Below are positions 49,968-59,684 of a stretch of 64,000 nucleotides of DNA, piece after piece; the stretch's first letter is position 1, and each line of letters starts with the position of its first letter. Source of the DNA: a virus (lineage: Duplodnaviria > Caudoviricetes). Both the position numbers and the translations under genes were made by a program. The DNA lies in the IMG/VR virus record IMGVR_UViG_3300035501_000922; one strand, 5' to 3'. The notes below the pieces were generated by a model. It saw nothing but the letters and a program-made list of their open reading frames with translations. It had not been told where the DNA came from and did no database searches.

Positions 49968-50747
49968 TTATATGTTTGTCTTTTTCACATTTTTAATACC
50001 ATCTACAATAGCACCTATTCTGTCTCCGCCACTATCAATAAGTCTATCATATGCTTCTAATATTTTAGGACCATTTTTTTTATTGCTAGATGTATTGGTA
50101 CGATTTGTTTTTTTACTATCATTACCTATTGTTGTTGCTTTACTCACTGCTCCTGCGGCTTTATCAATGTTTTGTTTCGTTTTTTGAACAGCCTCGTTTA
50201 TTGTTTTTACTTTGTCTATTGTTTCTGTAGTACGTTTGCTAATAGATTCATACATATCGGTTCCAGCATTAACTATTTTTTCAAGTCCATCTTTACTTTG
50301 TTTTTTTATAGTATCCGACCGTTTATTCATTTTCGTATCTCTTTTTTTAAGTTCGGACAAATCACTGTTTAGTGATTTCATCGATTTTTTAAGTGTATTA
50401 GCGGCACCATTTAACTTACTAATATTTTGTTCTTGTTTATCCAATCGTTGTTTCAGTTCCTCCATTTCAAGTCTTTGTTTTATATATGTTATCGTTGCAA
50501 GTGCCGCAAAACATATTAATATTCCATTACGTATTTTTTTTTCTAATTTTGTCTTTTTATCGTTACCAGAATTACTACTATTATCTATATGTATTTCAAC
50601 CGCAGGTGAAGTTTTTTCTTCATTAATTGTTTTATGGTTATTTATACTAGCAGTTTTTTGTACAGCTTCCGTTAACAATATACTCATATCTTCACTGGTA
50701 TTATCATACTCACACATTAATTCATATAATTCATTTTCAATATCCAT
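49968..50747 (-). CDS. Putative internal head protein (MDIENELYELM leader, TM plus coiled coil)
   Basis: Cassette leader, LTE-A site, hydrophobic helix. Confidence 0.55.
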   Translation of the reverse strand: MDIENELYELMCEYDNTSEDMSILLTEAVQKTASINNHKTINEEKTSPAVEIHIDNSSNSGNDKKTKLEKKIRNGILICFAALATITYIKQRLEMEELKQRLDKQEQNISKLNGAANTLKKSMKSLNSDLSELKKRDTKMNKRSDTIKKQSKDGLEKIVNAGTDMYESISKRTTETIDKVKTINEAVQKTKQNIDKAAGAVSKATTIGNDSKKTNRTNTSSNKKNGPKILEAYDRLIDSGGDRIGAIVDGIKNVKKTNI

Positions 50748-50786
50748 TATAAGTACCTTCTTTCATAATAATTAATTTATATTTTT
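50715..50786 (-). repeat. Leader cassette, inverted copy
   Basis: 72 bp reverse-complement match to 51304-51375; AACA promoter element altered. Confidence 0.9.
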
Positions 50787-50795
50787 TGCATACAG

Positions 50796-51248
50796 TTATG
50801 ATTCGTCATCATGTACTTCATCATCAATATCTTCATCACTTGCATCTGATTGACATTCGTAGTTAAATTTATCAACTTCTAACGAGTGTTCTCTTTCAGT
50901 TTTGGTTTCAAAATAAGACTTAAGACAATACGCCATAAATGACACGGTTTCTGCAACTACTGCAGAGACTAAAGCATCTAGTGTTGTTAAATCCTGAAAT
51001 TTATACATTACAACCATTGCATATAATTCAACTACTGTACAGTTAATAACTATAAAAGCCATAATTTGTTTTGTTGTAGTTGATAAATCAATGGCACGTT
51101 TTTCAGGTTTAGCTGGCCCATAATCAGTCATAATATCTTTTATCTCTTGTTTTTCTTTTTTCTTCTTAGCTTTTTTAATAGCTTTTTCACGCTTTTTATC
51201 ATATTTTTTTGTATGTTCATTATTACTATCTATACCCATATGTAACAC
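50796..51248 (-). CDS. Two-TM membrane protein (holin-like)
   Basis: Basic N-terminus, 2 TM segments, YCLKSYFE motif, acidic tail. Confidence 0.5.
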   Translation of the reverse strand: MLHMGIDSNNEHTKKYDKKREKAIKKAKKKKEKQEIKDIMTDYGPAKPEKRAIDLSTTTKQIMAFIVINCTVVELYAMVVMYKFQDLTTLDALVSAVVAETVSFMAYCLKSYFETKTEREHSLEVDKFNYECQSDASDEDIDDEVHDDES

Positions 51249-51296
51249 CTTCTTTATTTTTTTGTTTTATTCAAATAAAATGGTGTTTATATGTAA

Positions 51297-51375
51297 AAAA
51301 AACAAAAATATAAATTAATTATTATGAAAGAAGGTACTTATAATGGATATTGAAAATGAATTATATGAATTAATG
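51297..51375 (+). repeat. Promoter+RBS+leader cassette, copy 2
   Basis: Matches 47797-47868 and, inverted, 50715-50786. Confidence 0.9.
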
Positions 51376-51939
51376 ATTGAAGCTGGAGTTCCCAGTAAAG
51401 AATTTACTATAAGTGGTAATAAATTAAAAACTTTAAGCAAAAAACTCGAGGATACAGACGGATTAATTCGTGAAAAAATAAAAGATTTAAAACGAATTGA
51501 AAAACAGATACAATCTAATTTTAAAGCAGATACTATCATGCATGTCGGTAAAAAAGAGTTAGTAAATGGAAAAGGAGCTGCTAAAAATGCAGAATATATT
51601 TATCGTTATTTAACAGAAACTTTCGTTAAAGCCTCAGGGGATGTAAAACTTTATAAAATTAAAGCTAAGAAAAAATATATCAGTAAAACTGAATATGATG
51701 AGATTGTAAGTTTTATTCATGATATTTATCATGTAGAAAAATACGTAACACGATTGGATAAAGCGACAAATGATAGCTCAGCTAATAAACAATTTAAATT
51801 TAAAAGTGATATTAATGATATTAGAACAAGTAAAGAAATAGATGATATAATGGACATACCAAATTTAGTAAAATCAAAACAAACAGGTATTAATCATGCT
51901 GATCTTAATGTGCGTAGTAGATTCAAAAAGGTGTTATAA
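51343..51939 (+). CDS. Putative internal head protein (MDIENELYELMIE-A leader, basic cargo)
   Basis: Cassette leader followed by a Lys-rich unrelated body. Confidence 0.55.
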   Translation: MDIENELYELMIEAGVPSKEFTISGNKLKTLSKKLEDTDGLIREKIKDLKRIEKQIQSNFKADTIMHVGKKELVNGKGAAKNAEYIYRYLTETFVKASGDVKLYKIKAKKKYISKTEYDEIVSFIHDIYHVEKYVTRLDKATNDSSANKQFKFKSDINDIRTSKEIDDIMDIPNLVKSKQTGINHADLNVRSRFKKVL

Positions 51940-51979
51940 ATATAAAGATATGAGAGAGGTTTTTCCTCTCTCATATCTT

Positions 51980-52714
51980 TTATAATTCTTTCTTAAGTTC
52001 AGAAGGTAGCATAAGACCTTTAGTAACTAAGTCGGTATTTAGTCCCATTCCTAAGAAGTATACTGAAGTAGTATTCAGTGTCGTTTTATTTAATACGTCA
52101 TCCTCAAGGTCTTCCATAGTAGCATAACCATTAAGGGATATATTTCTAAGCATCTGTTCTTTCATGTGCATATCATCAGCTCTAGGACCGTTTAACTCTC
52201 TTAAAGTGTTATTTAATCCCAATGATATAAGCATAGTATTTTCAAGGTCTGATTCACGACCGTTCTTATCTCCACCAGTTACCTGACCTGTTATAGACGA
52301 ACGAGAATCGATATTAGTTGAAATACCATTCTTTTTGCTAACAGTCTGTTGTGTTCTCTTTATGTTAATATATCCAACAGGAACAGGTTCTGTTGTTCCT
52401 ATAACTTTGGATTTATCCATTGTTAAATGAGGCATAAACACATCTTCGAATAAAGGAACATTGATAACTTTAGCAGCTCTTTCAATATCCTCCATATCAA
52501 TTGTATGTTCATAATCAACTATATCAAGGATTAAGTATGCATCTTCGTTTGCAAAGAGAGCTTTAAAATAAGATTCAAATTGTTGATTAGACATAGGTTG
52601 GAATAGCTCTTTATACTTTTTTGTATTCGTTCCTGATTTATCAAATGCATCAAAAAAATCATATATTAGTTTTTCCATTTTACCACGTTTGTTGTCCGTA
52701 ATCAAACTCATCAC
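51980..52714 (-). CDS. Phage RNA polymerase beta subunit, C-terminal fragment
   Basis: VPVGYINIKRTQQTVSKKN...TGQVTGGDKNGRESDLE aligns with the beta C-terminal GY..KL.H...Q..GG...R.GEME region. Confidence 0.75.
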   Translation of the reverse strand: MMSLITDNKRGKMEKLIYDFFDAFDKSGTNTKKYKELFQPMSNQQFESYFKALFANEDAYLILDIVDYEHTIDMEDIERAAKVINVPLFEDVFMPHLTMDKSKVIGTTEPVPVGYINIKRTQQTVSKKNGISTNIDSRSSITGQVTGGDKNGRESDLENTMLISLGLNNTLRELNGPRADDMHMKEQMLRNISLNGYATMEDLEDDVLNKTTLNTTSVYFLGMGLNTDLVTKGLMLPSELKKEL

Positions 52715-53828
52715 CCACTTTCAATTTATAATCAGCATCATCTATATTTATTTCCATAAGGTTTCTATATTCACCTTGGTCGTCTTTATTAGTCCATAAT
52801 GATATACCTCGTATTTTATTAGGCTCACCATTAATAGCAAATAACAAATACACATTTTCATCATCATATTTAACCAAATGACTCATACTTACAGTATCAA
52901 AACATACTACTGCATGTTCATTTATCATTGCTGTCTTAACAAATGCTAGTTGCTTTTCCGTAAGTTTAGTTGTAAACTGTGTATTACCAATATATGATAC
53001 AATATCACCATCTAAAAGATCTCTAAGACGATACATCATTGTCTCTACGCTTTCATTAACTGGTATTATGTTATCTCCAAAAACAGCATAGTTTGATTTA
53101 GATTCAGTCAATTCTCTTTTAAGGTTTGTATCTAGTACTTTAGAACAATGACTACAGAAATCCCTATCAGATATAACATTTGATAATATTCCTATTACAT
53201 CATTATCGTACCTAAATAACCGATTAATTATATTTGACATCATATTCTCCGTACCATTGTACTTTGAATATATCTCTGCATAAATAGTAGGAGATAAACC
53301 AAGTTGCGTAAAGAATAAGAATATTAACGACGCTAATTCTTCTATATCTCCATGATTAGCAATGTTATTATTTATATACTTCAGTATTGTAGTATAAAAT
53401 TTCTGGTCTAATACCCAATCTATTTCTTTACTTCCTTCTTCAAATGAATAATTTATATATAACTCATATCCTTCAAGTTTCCAAGGTATAAGATTAAATA
53501 ATATAAATGAATAGGTTCTTTTATCAGATATACTGTCAATAATAAATCTTATAGACCTGAAAACATTTTTTATTTCATCTAATGTTGATACCTGAGAATT
53601 CAGTATTTCCAATAAACCATTACATACAGCTTGTTTTTCATAAGCACTAAATTTATTAATTGTGTGTACCATATGACTATACTGTGTACATTCTTTTTCA
53701 AGTGGGTCATTAGCATTAACACGAATAAATGTTTTCATTGGTAAATTAAAGTCATTACGATGACTAAATATTTTTACTTTATTTTCCCACGTACCATTTA
53801 AAAATGTATCTCTAAAATAATCCGTCAT
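52680..53828 (-). CDS. Hypothetical protein
   Basis: 382 aa, GAGGTG RBS. Confidence 0.6.
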   Translation of the reverse strand: MTDYFRDTFLNGTWENKVKIFSHRNDFNLPMKTFIRVNANDPLEKECTQYSHMVHTINKFSAYEKQAVCNGLLEILNSQVSTLDEIKNVFRSIRFIIDSISDKRTYSFILFNLIPWKLEGYELYINYSFEEGSKEIDWVLDQKFYTTILKYINNNIANHGDIEELASLIFLFFTQLGLSPTIYAEIYSKYNGTENMMSNIINRLFRYDNDVIGILSNVISDRDFCSHCSKVLDTNLKRELTESKSNYAVFGDNIIPVNESVETMMYRLRDLLDGDIVSYIGNTQFTTKLTEKQLAFVKTAMINEHAVVCFDTVSMSHLVKYDDENVYLLFAINGEPNKIRGISLWTNKDDQGEYRNLMEINIDDADYKLKVGDEFDYGQQTW

Positions 53829-53839
53829 TATATATCACC

Positions 53840-54622
53840 TCACAACATAACAATATTTTCATTTATTCCTTCATAGTAATTTTCTTTTGCTTTGTCAAGA
53901 AACTCTAGTAATCTCATATTCTGTTTATCAACGATTTTGATATAGTTAAAAGTACTTCTGTTTGATGACATTATCTCATCTTTAAGTTTTTCTTTTACTT
54001 TATCAACTTCAACAATTTTTTGCATTTTGTTTGGATTACTTCCACCATCTTTAATCTCAACTTCAAGATTTAAAGATGCTATGAAAAAATCAGGAATATA
54101 GAAGTGTTTTTCATTATTATAGATATAAAAATATGTATGAGGAGAAGGAGATATAACATCCTCGGGATTAAAATTTAGAGTCTTATCTAAGAACTCTAAA
54201 AAACTTTTTTCATATGAGCCAACATAAGTTGATTCATGAGCATGATCTCTCCAAAGATATCTACCACTTATTTTTCTTTTAGCAAGCATTAATCTTTGTT
54301 GTTCGGGGTCATTAAGTAAATTAGTCTTTCCATATTTACCAATCATTCTTTTTTGAAAAGTTTGAATATATTTTTCTTTACACTTAGGATTATTACAAAA
54401 ACGATTATATTTATGAGTCTTATCATTCCATGTGGTAGGCTTTTTACACATCACGCAACTACCTTCTTTTTTACCAGTACGTAAGAAATATGTAAAATGC
54501 CACGCATCCATATCTTCAGGAATTAATTCTCCATGTTCTTTTTCCATATGAGCAACTAAGTCAGCAACATCATAAAAATAATTATTACAGAATTTACAAT
54601 AAACTCTTCTTTTTGTAGCCAT
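53840..54622 (-). CDS. Zn-finger plus PD-(D/E)xK nuclease (TnsA/T4 gp4-like)
   Basis: C2H2 CKFC..H...H; CVMC..C....C; SYE, YIPDF, EVEIK; late-type promoter at 54656-54667. Confidence 0.7.
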   Translation of the reverse strand: MATKRRVYCKFCNNYFYDVADLVAHMEKEHGELIPEDMDAWHFTYFLRTGKKEGSCVMCKKPTTWNDKTHKYNRFCNNPKCKEKYIQTFQKRMIGKYGKTNLLNDPEQQRLMLAKRKISGRYLWRDHAHESTYVGSYEKSFLEFLDKTLNFNPEDVISPSPHTYFYIYNNEKHFYIPDFFIASLNLEVEIKDGGSNPNKMQKIVEVDKVKEKLKDEIMSSNRSTFNYIKIVDKQNMRLLEFLDKAKENYYEGINENIVML

Positions 54623-54816
54623 TTTTATTCACCAACTTTCATATAGTTTTAGGCTTATTCTAATGTTTTTTATGCTTCTTTTTATTGCAAAAAAAAATAT
54701 GAAAAAATTCATATCTTCTTCTTTTCTTTATTTTGACATTACTATAATCGTAAATATGAAATTTAATACGAATTACAATGTGTTAAATCACAGTAATTCA
54801 AGAAAGGATTGATTTT

Positions 54817-55236
54817 ATGGCAGTGGATCCAACCTATGGTGTTAATAACTTTAACAAGGCGAAAGTTCTTACAGAAGCTGAGACCTATGTAAATAACATC
54901 TTAGCAATTTTGTTTGGTAAACCTGGTTTCTATCCGTCAATTCCAAATCTTGGAATGGATATACAACAGGAACTTTATAAATTTGAAGATGAGATCAATA
55001 CTGATCAAATAAAAGCTCAACTAGCTTCACAATGTCAGGACTTTTTACCTATTATTAAAGATGGTACCATGGACGTACTTACAACTACATACAATAATAA
55101 CACAATGTTACTTTTTGTATTACCTGTGATTATAGATAAGAATAATACTGCTTTAGCATTAGGTGTAACAGTTAATGAAAAAGGCGAAATGGTTTATAAC
55201 TTTACAGCTAACCCAGAAAATACGCAGATAATTTAA
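54817..55236 (+). CDS. Baseplate wedge subunit (gp25-like)
   Basis: ILFGKPGFYPSIPNLGMDI motif, 139 aa. Confidence 0.65.
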   Translation: MAVDPTYGVNNFNKAKVLTEAETYVNNILAILFGKPGFYPSIPNLGMDIQQELYKFEDEINTDQIKAQLASQCQDFLPIIKDGTMDVLTTTYNNNTMLLFVLPVIIDKNNTALALGVTVNEKGEMVYNFTANPENTQII

Positions 55237-55263
55237 AATCTTAGAAGGAGGTACGAATTAAAA

Positions 55264-56967
55264 ATGAGTACTAATATTAACGAAATTAACAATAACGATT
55301 TTTTTACCGAAGGTAATAATCGAGATGAGAGTATTGATATAAACTCTCTAATTAAGACAAAAACAAGTGATACTGTCACGACTACAGCTCCTAAGCAACT
55401 TTCTCCTTTGGAGCAGATGCAACAAGACAAACAAGAGCGTAATCTTGGAACGGTAGTTGCTAATGACTCATTGAAGGAAAAAGAACTTCGTGACCCTATA
55501 ATGGATGATCAGAGACTTAATGAATTCGATCAGAGACTCAAAGACTTGGATGACACTATGGAAAAAAGAAAAGCCATCGTAGTTACCCGTGAACCTGTAA
55601 ACCAAGTACAGTATATGCAGTTAATGATGGAACTTGATTCCGTAAAAATTGATGACAATGGTGAAGCATCAATTAATTACACTGATAAGAATGGAAATCC
55701 CCTTATTCCTCAGTTTATTCGTTTACGTGAAGATGGTGACCCTGCTTTTGATATAGAAGCTGATAACCAGAAGATGGAAGAATATAAGAATCTTAAGGAT
55801 TCACCGGCAAATGCAGGTGAAACAACTGACGCAGATTCTGAACAGAGCGATGATGTATCGGGTATTGTAAAGGTTATTATTGATAAGACTGGTCTTGGTA
55901 CTGATTTTATCTTTAATGAAGAGGAAAAGAAAAAGCTGTATGAAGCATCCGAAATTCATTTAACAGAGGTTTCTTTCCTTGACCTTAAGACTATCAATTC
56001 AAAGAGAAGTGATAAGTCATTCCAAGAATCAATTAATGAATACCAGTTAGCTAATTCAAAGACCACTATTTGTTTCCCTGCGTCTGGATTTAGAGCACAA
56101 ATGAAGGGCATGACATATGGTGAAATGGGTGATGTAGCCCTGTCAATGGATTCTGTAACCGTTGACCAGTATTATAAGAGACTTAGCATTATTTATAACA
56201 AGATGTGCAATATCTCAACTGGTCCTTTTGATTCATTTGAAGATTTCTTAAAGGGATTTGCATATGTTGATATCCCCATGGCACTTTATGGTTTATATAT
56301 TTCAACCCAGCCTGAAATTCAGCAGATTCAGCTTCGTTGTGGTAAGTCTAGCTGTGAAAAGACATTTAACTGGGAATTTAGCACACGCAGTGTACTTCGT
56401 CTTGAAAAGTGCAGTCCTACATTCTTAGAGAAGATGAAGGAAATTGCAACTTCTCCTGCAATTGAATATGACAATATTCGTAACAAGTCCGCTGTACTTA
56501 ATTCTAAATATATTGAATTACCGTATAGTAAGTTTGTTATTGAGATGGGTGTCATTTCTGCTTATGAATTCTTGTATAATTTTATTCCTGTACTTGATGA
56601 GAATACATTCAAACAGGCATTTGGTGATGACCTTAATCAGATTTATGTAAATAACGTACTTCTTCTCACCACAGTACGTTCCGTTAGAATTCCTAACTCG
56701 GATGGTACATATACCGTTTGTGAAGGATATAAGGATATTCTTGATGCTATCTATAACATCAGACCTGAGGAAATTAAGCTTGTTGCTGCTATTGCAAATA
56801 AGCTTACTTCTGAATATCAGACACATTTCTCGTTTGGTGATGTTGTTTGCCCACATTGCGGAAATGTAACACATGATCTCGACTTAACAATGGATGATCT
56901 GGTTTTTCAGACATATCAACGGTTGCTGAGTACCGAGATCAATGTAGAGAACATTCGAGGTTTCTAG
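55264..56967 (+). CDS. Baseplate hub/tail assembly protein (T4 gp26-like C-terminal half)
   Basis: LRCGKSSC and C-terminal CPHCG...DLVF; follows the gp25-like gene. Confidence 0.55.
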   Translation: MSTNINEINNNDFFTEGNNRDESIDINSLIKTKTSDTVTTTAPKQLSPLEQMQQDKQERNLGTVVANDSLKEKELRDPIMDDQRLNEFDQRLKDLDDTMEKRKAIVVTREPVNQVQYMQLMMELDSVKIDDNGEASINYTDKNGNPLIPQFIRLREDGDPAFDIEADNQKMEEYKNLKDSPANAGETTDADSEQSDDVSGIVKVIIDKTGLGTDFIFNEEEKKKLYEASEIHLTEVSFLDLKTINSKRSDKSFQESINEYQLANSKTTICFPASGFRAQMKGMTYGEMGDVALSMDSVTVDQYYKRLSIIYNKMCNISTGPFDSFEDFLKGFAYVDIPMALYGLYISTQPEIQQIQLRCGKSSCEKTFNWEFSTRSVLRLEKCSPTFLEKMKEIATSPAIEYDNIRNKSAVLNSKYIELPYSKFVIEMGVISAYEFLYNFIPVLDENTFKQAFGDDLNQIYVNNVLLLTTVRSVRIPNSDGTYTVCEGYKDILDAIYNIRPEEIKLVAAIANKLTSEYQTHFSFGDVVCPHCGNVTHDLDLTMDDLVFQTYQRLLSTEINVENIRGF

Positions 56968-57155
56968 ACGCAACTTTAGCCTTATTTAAAGGTGAACTAA
57001 GTCTTACAGATATTTTGGATGTACTCACATTTCGAAGGTTACTGGAGCTTCGGTCTGCTCGTGTTGATCGATTGATGGAAGACGCTAAGGATATAGAAAA
57101 GGAACAAAAAGACCGTCAGAGTGAGGAAATTAGGAATCGGATTATAAGCAAATAA
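56898..57155 (+). CDS. Unlisted -1-frame ORF (85 codons), probable frameshift extension of 55264-56967
   Basis: Open from TGA 56895-56897 to TAA 57153-57155; GGTTTTT at 56901-56907; no well-placed start codon. Confidence 0.55.
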   Translation, partial: SGFSDISTVAEYRDQCREHSRFLDATLALFKGELSLTDILDVLTFRRLLELRSARVDRLMEDAKDIEKEQKDRQSEEIRNRIISK

Positions 57156-57203
57156 GTGATAAGTTTCTTTCTTTGACACTTTTGAAGAAAGGAATTCGCA
57201 ATT

Positions 57204-57521
57204 ATGAAGAAGACGATGACTGAATATATATCAGCATTATCTGAAAATAATTTTGAAATACTGGAGAAGATTATTCAAAAAAAGTATCGAAAATTTACAG
57301 CAATGTATTGGATGCTTAAAGAATACAGTAATCATGTTGCTGCGTTAAAATATAAAGATACTGATAACGATGTGCTTGAAATAGAAGTAACTTTATCAGG
57401 TGTTAATATTGACACTGTAATGGAGAATCTACAATCTAGTATGCCAGATGATTTTTCAATACTGATATGGAATGAAAAGAAAAAAATTCATATTGAAATC
57501 ACAAAAGAAGAAAATGATTAA
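57204..57521 (+). CDS. Hypothetical protein
   Basis: 105 aa, AAAGGA RBS. Confidence 0.6.
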   Translation: MKKTMTEYISALSENNFEILEKIIQKKYRKFTAMYWMLKEYSNHVAALKYKDTDNDVLEIEVTLSGVNIDTVMENLQSSMPDDFSILIWNEKKKIHIEITKEEND

Positions 57522-57540
57522 AAAAAAATAGCTGTGCGAA

Positions 57541-57681
57541 TTAACGCACAGCTATTTTTGTACCATCTTCATCATAAACGAAGAGAGTTGGCTCGTTGTT
57601 ATCGAGTTTGTCAATAAGTTTGACAAACTTATTGAATCCTCTACGCATTTTAACAATGACCTTAACAATATTTTTTTCCAT
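57541..57681 (-). CDS. Small putative early protein (46 aa)
   Basis: GGAGG RBS before ATG 57681; own extended early-type promoter and terminator. Confidence 0.55.
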   Translation of the reverse strand: MEKNIVKVIVKMRRGFNKFVKLIDKLDNNEPTLFVYDEDGTKIAVR

Positions 57682-57728
57682 AATTTTAACCTCCATAATA
57701 TTGTAATATTTATGTATTTTACACGGAG

Positions 57729-57762
57729 ATAATATATAAATCAAAAAGCTGACTTTACGGAT
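57729..57762 (-). promoter_or_regulatory. Extended early-type promoter
   Basis: 31/34 match to 12517-12550. Confidence 0.7.
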
Positions 57763-57847
57763 AGAGATATGTATTCATTTGTATTGCATCTTATTATACA
57801 AAAAAATAAAGGTGATATGTATATTTGTTACATATCACCTTTATTTA

Positions 57848-59293
57848 TTAAACATCATCCATAGTCATAATAATAATCTCTTTACATTTCTTTTTCATTA
57901 CAGGCATAATCCTTTTTAGAAATTCATAACTTTCTTTAATTGCAGTGTCTACAGGATAAAACATAAATGTATCATCATCATCTGAATATTCTCTCAGTCT
58001 GCCTCTCAATTGATCTGCCAATGCTTTTGAACCTATAGGTTCAAGATTAATTACAACACGTAAACCTTTTATATCATCACCTTCACCTATTGATTTAATA
58101 GTTGATGATATTATATCAGAATCATATCCTCGTTCATTCTGTGCTACAGTATTTCTACTATGAACAGTTCCAACTGATTTAGTGGTATACTTTTTTATCT
58201 GTTCAGCAATACAATTAACAGAATCAACCTTAGGAGATATTACAAGTGTCTTACCCTCTAATCTGTCAGTTTGGTCAATAAGACGATGAAGTACTTTCAT
58301 CATAGTATTTCCATCTTCATTTAAGGCATAATCAATATATCTATAAGATGAAAATCCATATGATGTAGAAATCTTATTTCGTTCTTCAATAGTCGGATTA
58401 CTATGATAATAAACAACGACAAAAACAATATGCTTACGTTTTTCTTCATAATTCATTGTTTCTTCTCCGAATCTATATACCGAAGAATATGCTGTTTTAA
58501 ATATTCTTACTTCTTTTGGGTCACTTCGTGTAAATGTAGCTGTTAAATAGTATGAACGTTTAACATTAGAGAAGTAATCAATCATTAAAGAATTTTCAAA
58601 GAATTTATGGGCTTCATCTACAACTTTAACACCAACTTTTATTTTCTTAAAGAAATCTCTTATTGATGTCCATCCATGAATACGTGCATAAGCATTAATA
58701 GTTTGATGATTTACGTAATAAATATCAGCATTAATTTTTCCTTTCATAATCTCATCAATTACTTCTGAACCCGAAATATCGCAAATCTGTGTTTCATCAA
58801 CTGACGTCATTTCGAGGATAGTTTTAATCCACTGCTCTTTTATTCTTTGTTTATGTGTAATAACAATTGCTTTCATTTTCATTTTCAATATAGCATTTGT
58901 CATACAGAAAGTTTTTCCATCACCAGTATCTAAGTTTAGTCCAAACTGTGATTGATAATTTCCTTTTATGAATCGTCCCTCTGAAATTAAGAAATCTATT
59001 GATTCTTCCTGTATCCTATTTTTAGGTTTAAATTTCATAGTTCCTTTTTTGATTTTTGTGAAATCATCATATTGAGAAACAACCACAGGTGTTGCATTGA
59101 ATATATTCTGTAAAAGAGAAAGATTTACTCCTCTTGGTAAATACAGAATACCATTTTGAATATAGTACCCAATTGGAATGTACTTATGCGTAACATTATC
59201 ATACTTTGATAGTACCTTTTCAATATGAGGTGCATCACCTAGTTCATACGGATATACTTCAATATGACTATGAAAAACTCTTATTTCAGCCAT
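57848..59293 (-). CDS. Superfamily 2 helicase (UvsW/Rad25-like)
   Basis: LDTGDGKT, VVDEAH, LTAT, GEGDDI, QLRGRLR motifs. Confidence 0.85.
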   Translation of the reverse strand: MAEIRVFHSHIEVYPYELGDAPHIEKVLSKYDNVTHKYIPIGYYIQNGILYLPRGVNLSLLQNIFNATPVVVSQYDDFTKIKKGTMKFKPKNRIQEESIDFLISEGRFIKGNYQSQFGLNLDTGDGKTFCMTNAILKMKMKAIVITHKQRIKEQWIKTILEMTSVDETQICDISGSEVIDEIMKGKINADIYYVNHQTINAYARIHGWTSIRDFFKKIKVGVKVVDEAHKFFENSLMIDYFSNVKRSYYLTATFTRSDPKEVRIFKTAYSSVYRFGEETMNYEEKRKHIVFVVVYYHSNPTIEERNKISTSYGFSSYRYIDYALNEDGNTMMKVLHRLIDQTDRLEGKTLVISPKVDSVNCIAEQIKKYTTKSVGTVHSRNTVAQNERGYDSDIISSTIKSIGEGDDIKGLRVVINLEPIGSKALADQLRGRLREYSDDDDTFMFYPVDTAIKESYEFLKRIMPVMKKKCKEIIIMTMDDV

Positions 59294-59351
59294 TTAATTC
59301 ACCTTCTAATAAAAAATAAAGGCTATGAAATGAATCATAGCCTTTATACAA

Positions 59352-59684
59352 TTAAAACTTGTTACCGAACATATTGGAACGACGATTAGAGAATAAATCA
59401 TCATAATCATCATCGTTGCTGTTATTCTGAGTCTTTCCAAACTTTCCGTTAGCAGCGATTATGATAACCGTCTTTGTCAATATTTCTTCACGTTCTTCTG
59501 ATGAGAACGGACGAATAAGATTAGCTATGTCAGTAACAGTGTTATTCTTATTACTGCCATTCAGTCCTTTCGTCTTAGCACGGTCAATCAATGCTTCAGC
59601 TATAATATTAGCTGTCTTCTCAATGATAGCGTTCCGCTTGCTTACCAAATCCTCGATTTGGGTTTTTGCTGTCATCATGTTCAT
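59352..59684 (-). CDS. Hypothetical protein
   Basis: 110 aa, AAGGAG RBS, acidic/aromatic tail. Confidence 0.6.
   Translation of the reverse strand: MNMMTAKTQIEDLVSKRNAIIEKTANIIAEALIDRAKTKGLNGSNKNNTVTDIANLIRPFSSEEREEILTKTVIIIAANGKFGKTQNNSNDDDYDDLFSNRRSNMFGNKF

Noticed and set aside
49450-51539. Antisense ORFs 49450-49911, 50212-50775 and 51315-51539, plus similar shadow ORFs elsewhere
   Set aside because: They mirror Lys/Glu-rich genes on the other strand and lack RBS or promoter support.
53840-54622. Nuclease as the homing endonuclease for the ORF-less introns
   Set aside because: Far from both introns and heads a late-type operon; nothing in the sequence links it to homing.
54734-54750. 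Host sigma-A promoter (TTGACA...TATAAT)
   Set aside because: Spacer is only about 4 bp, not about 17.
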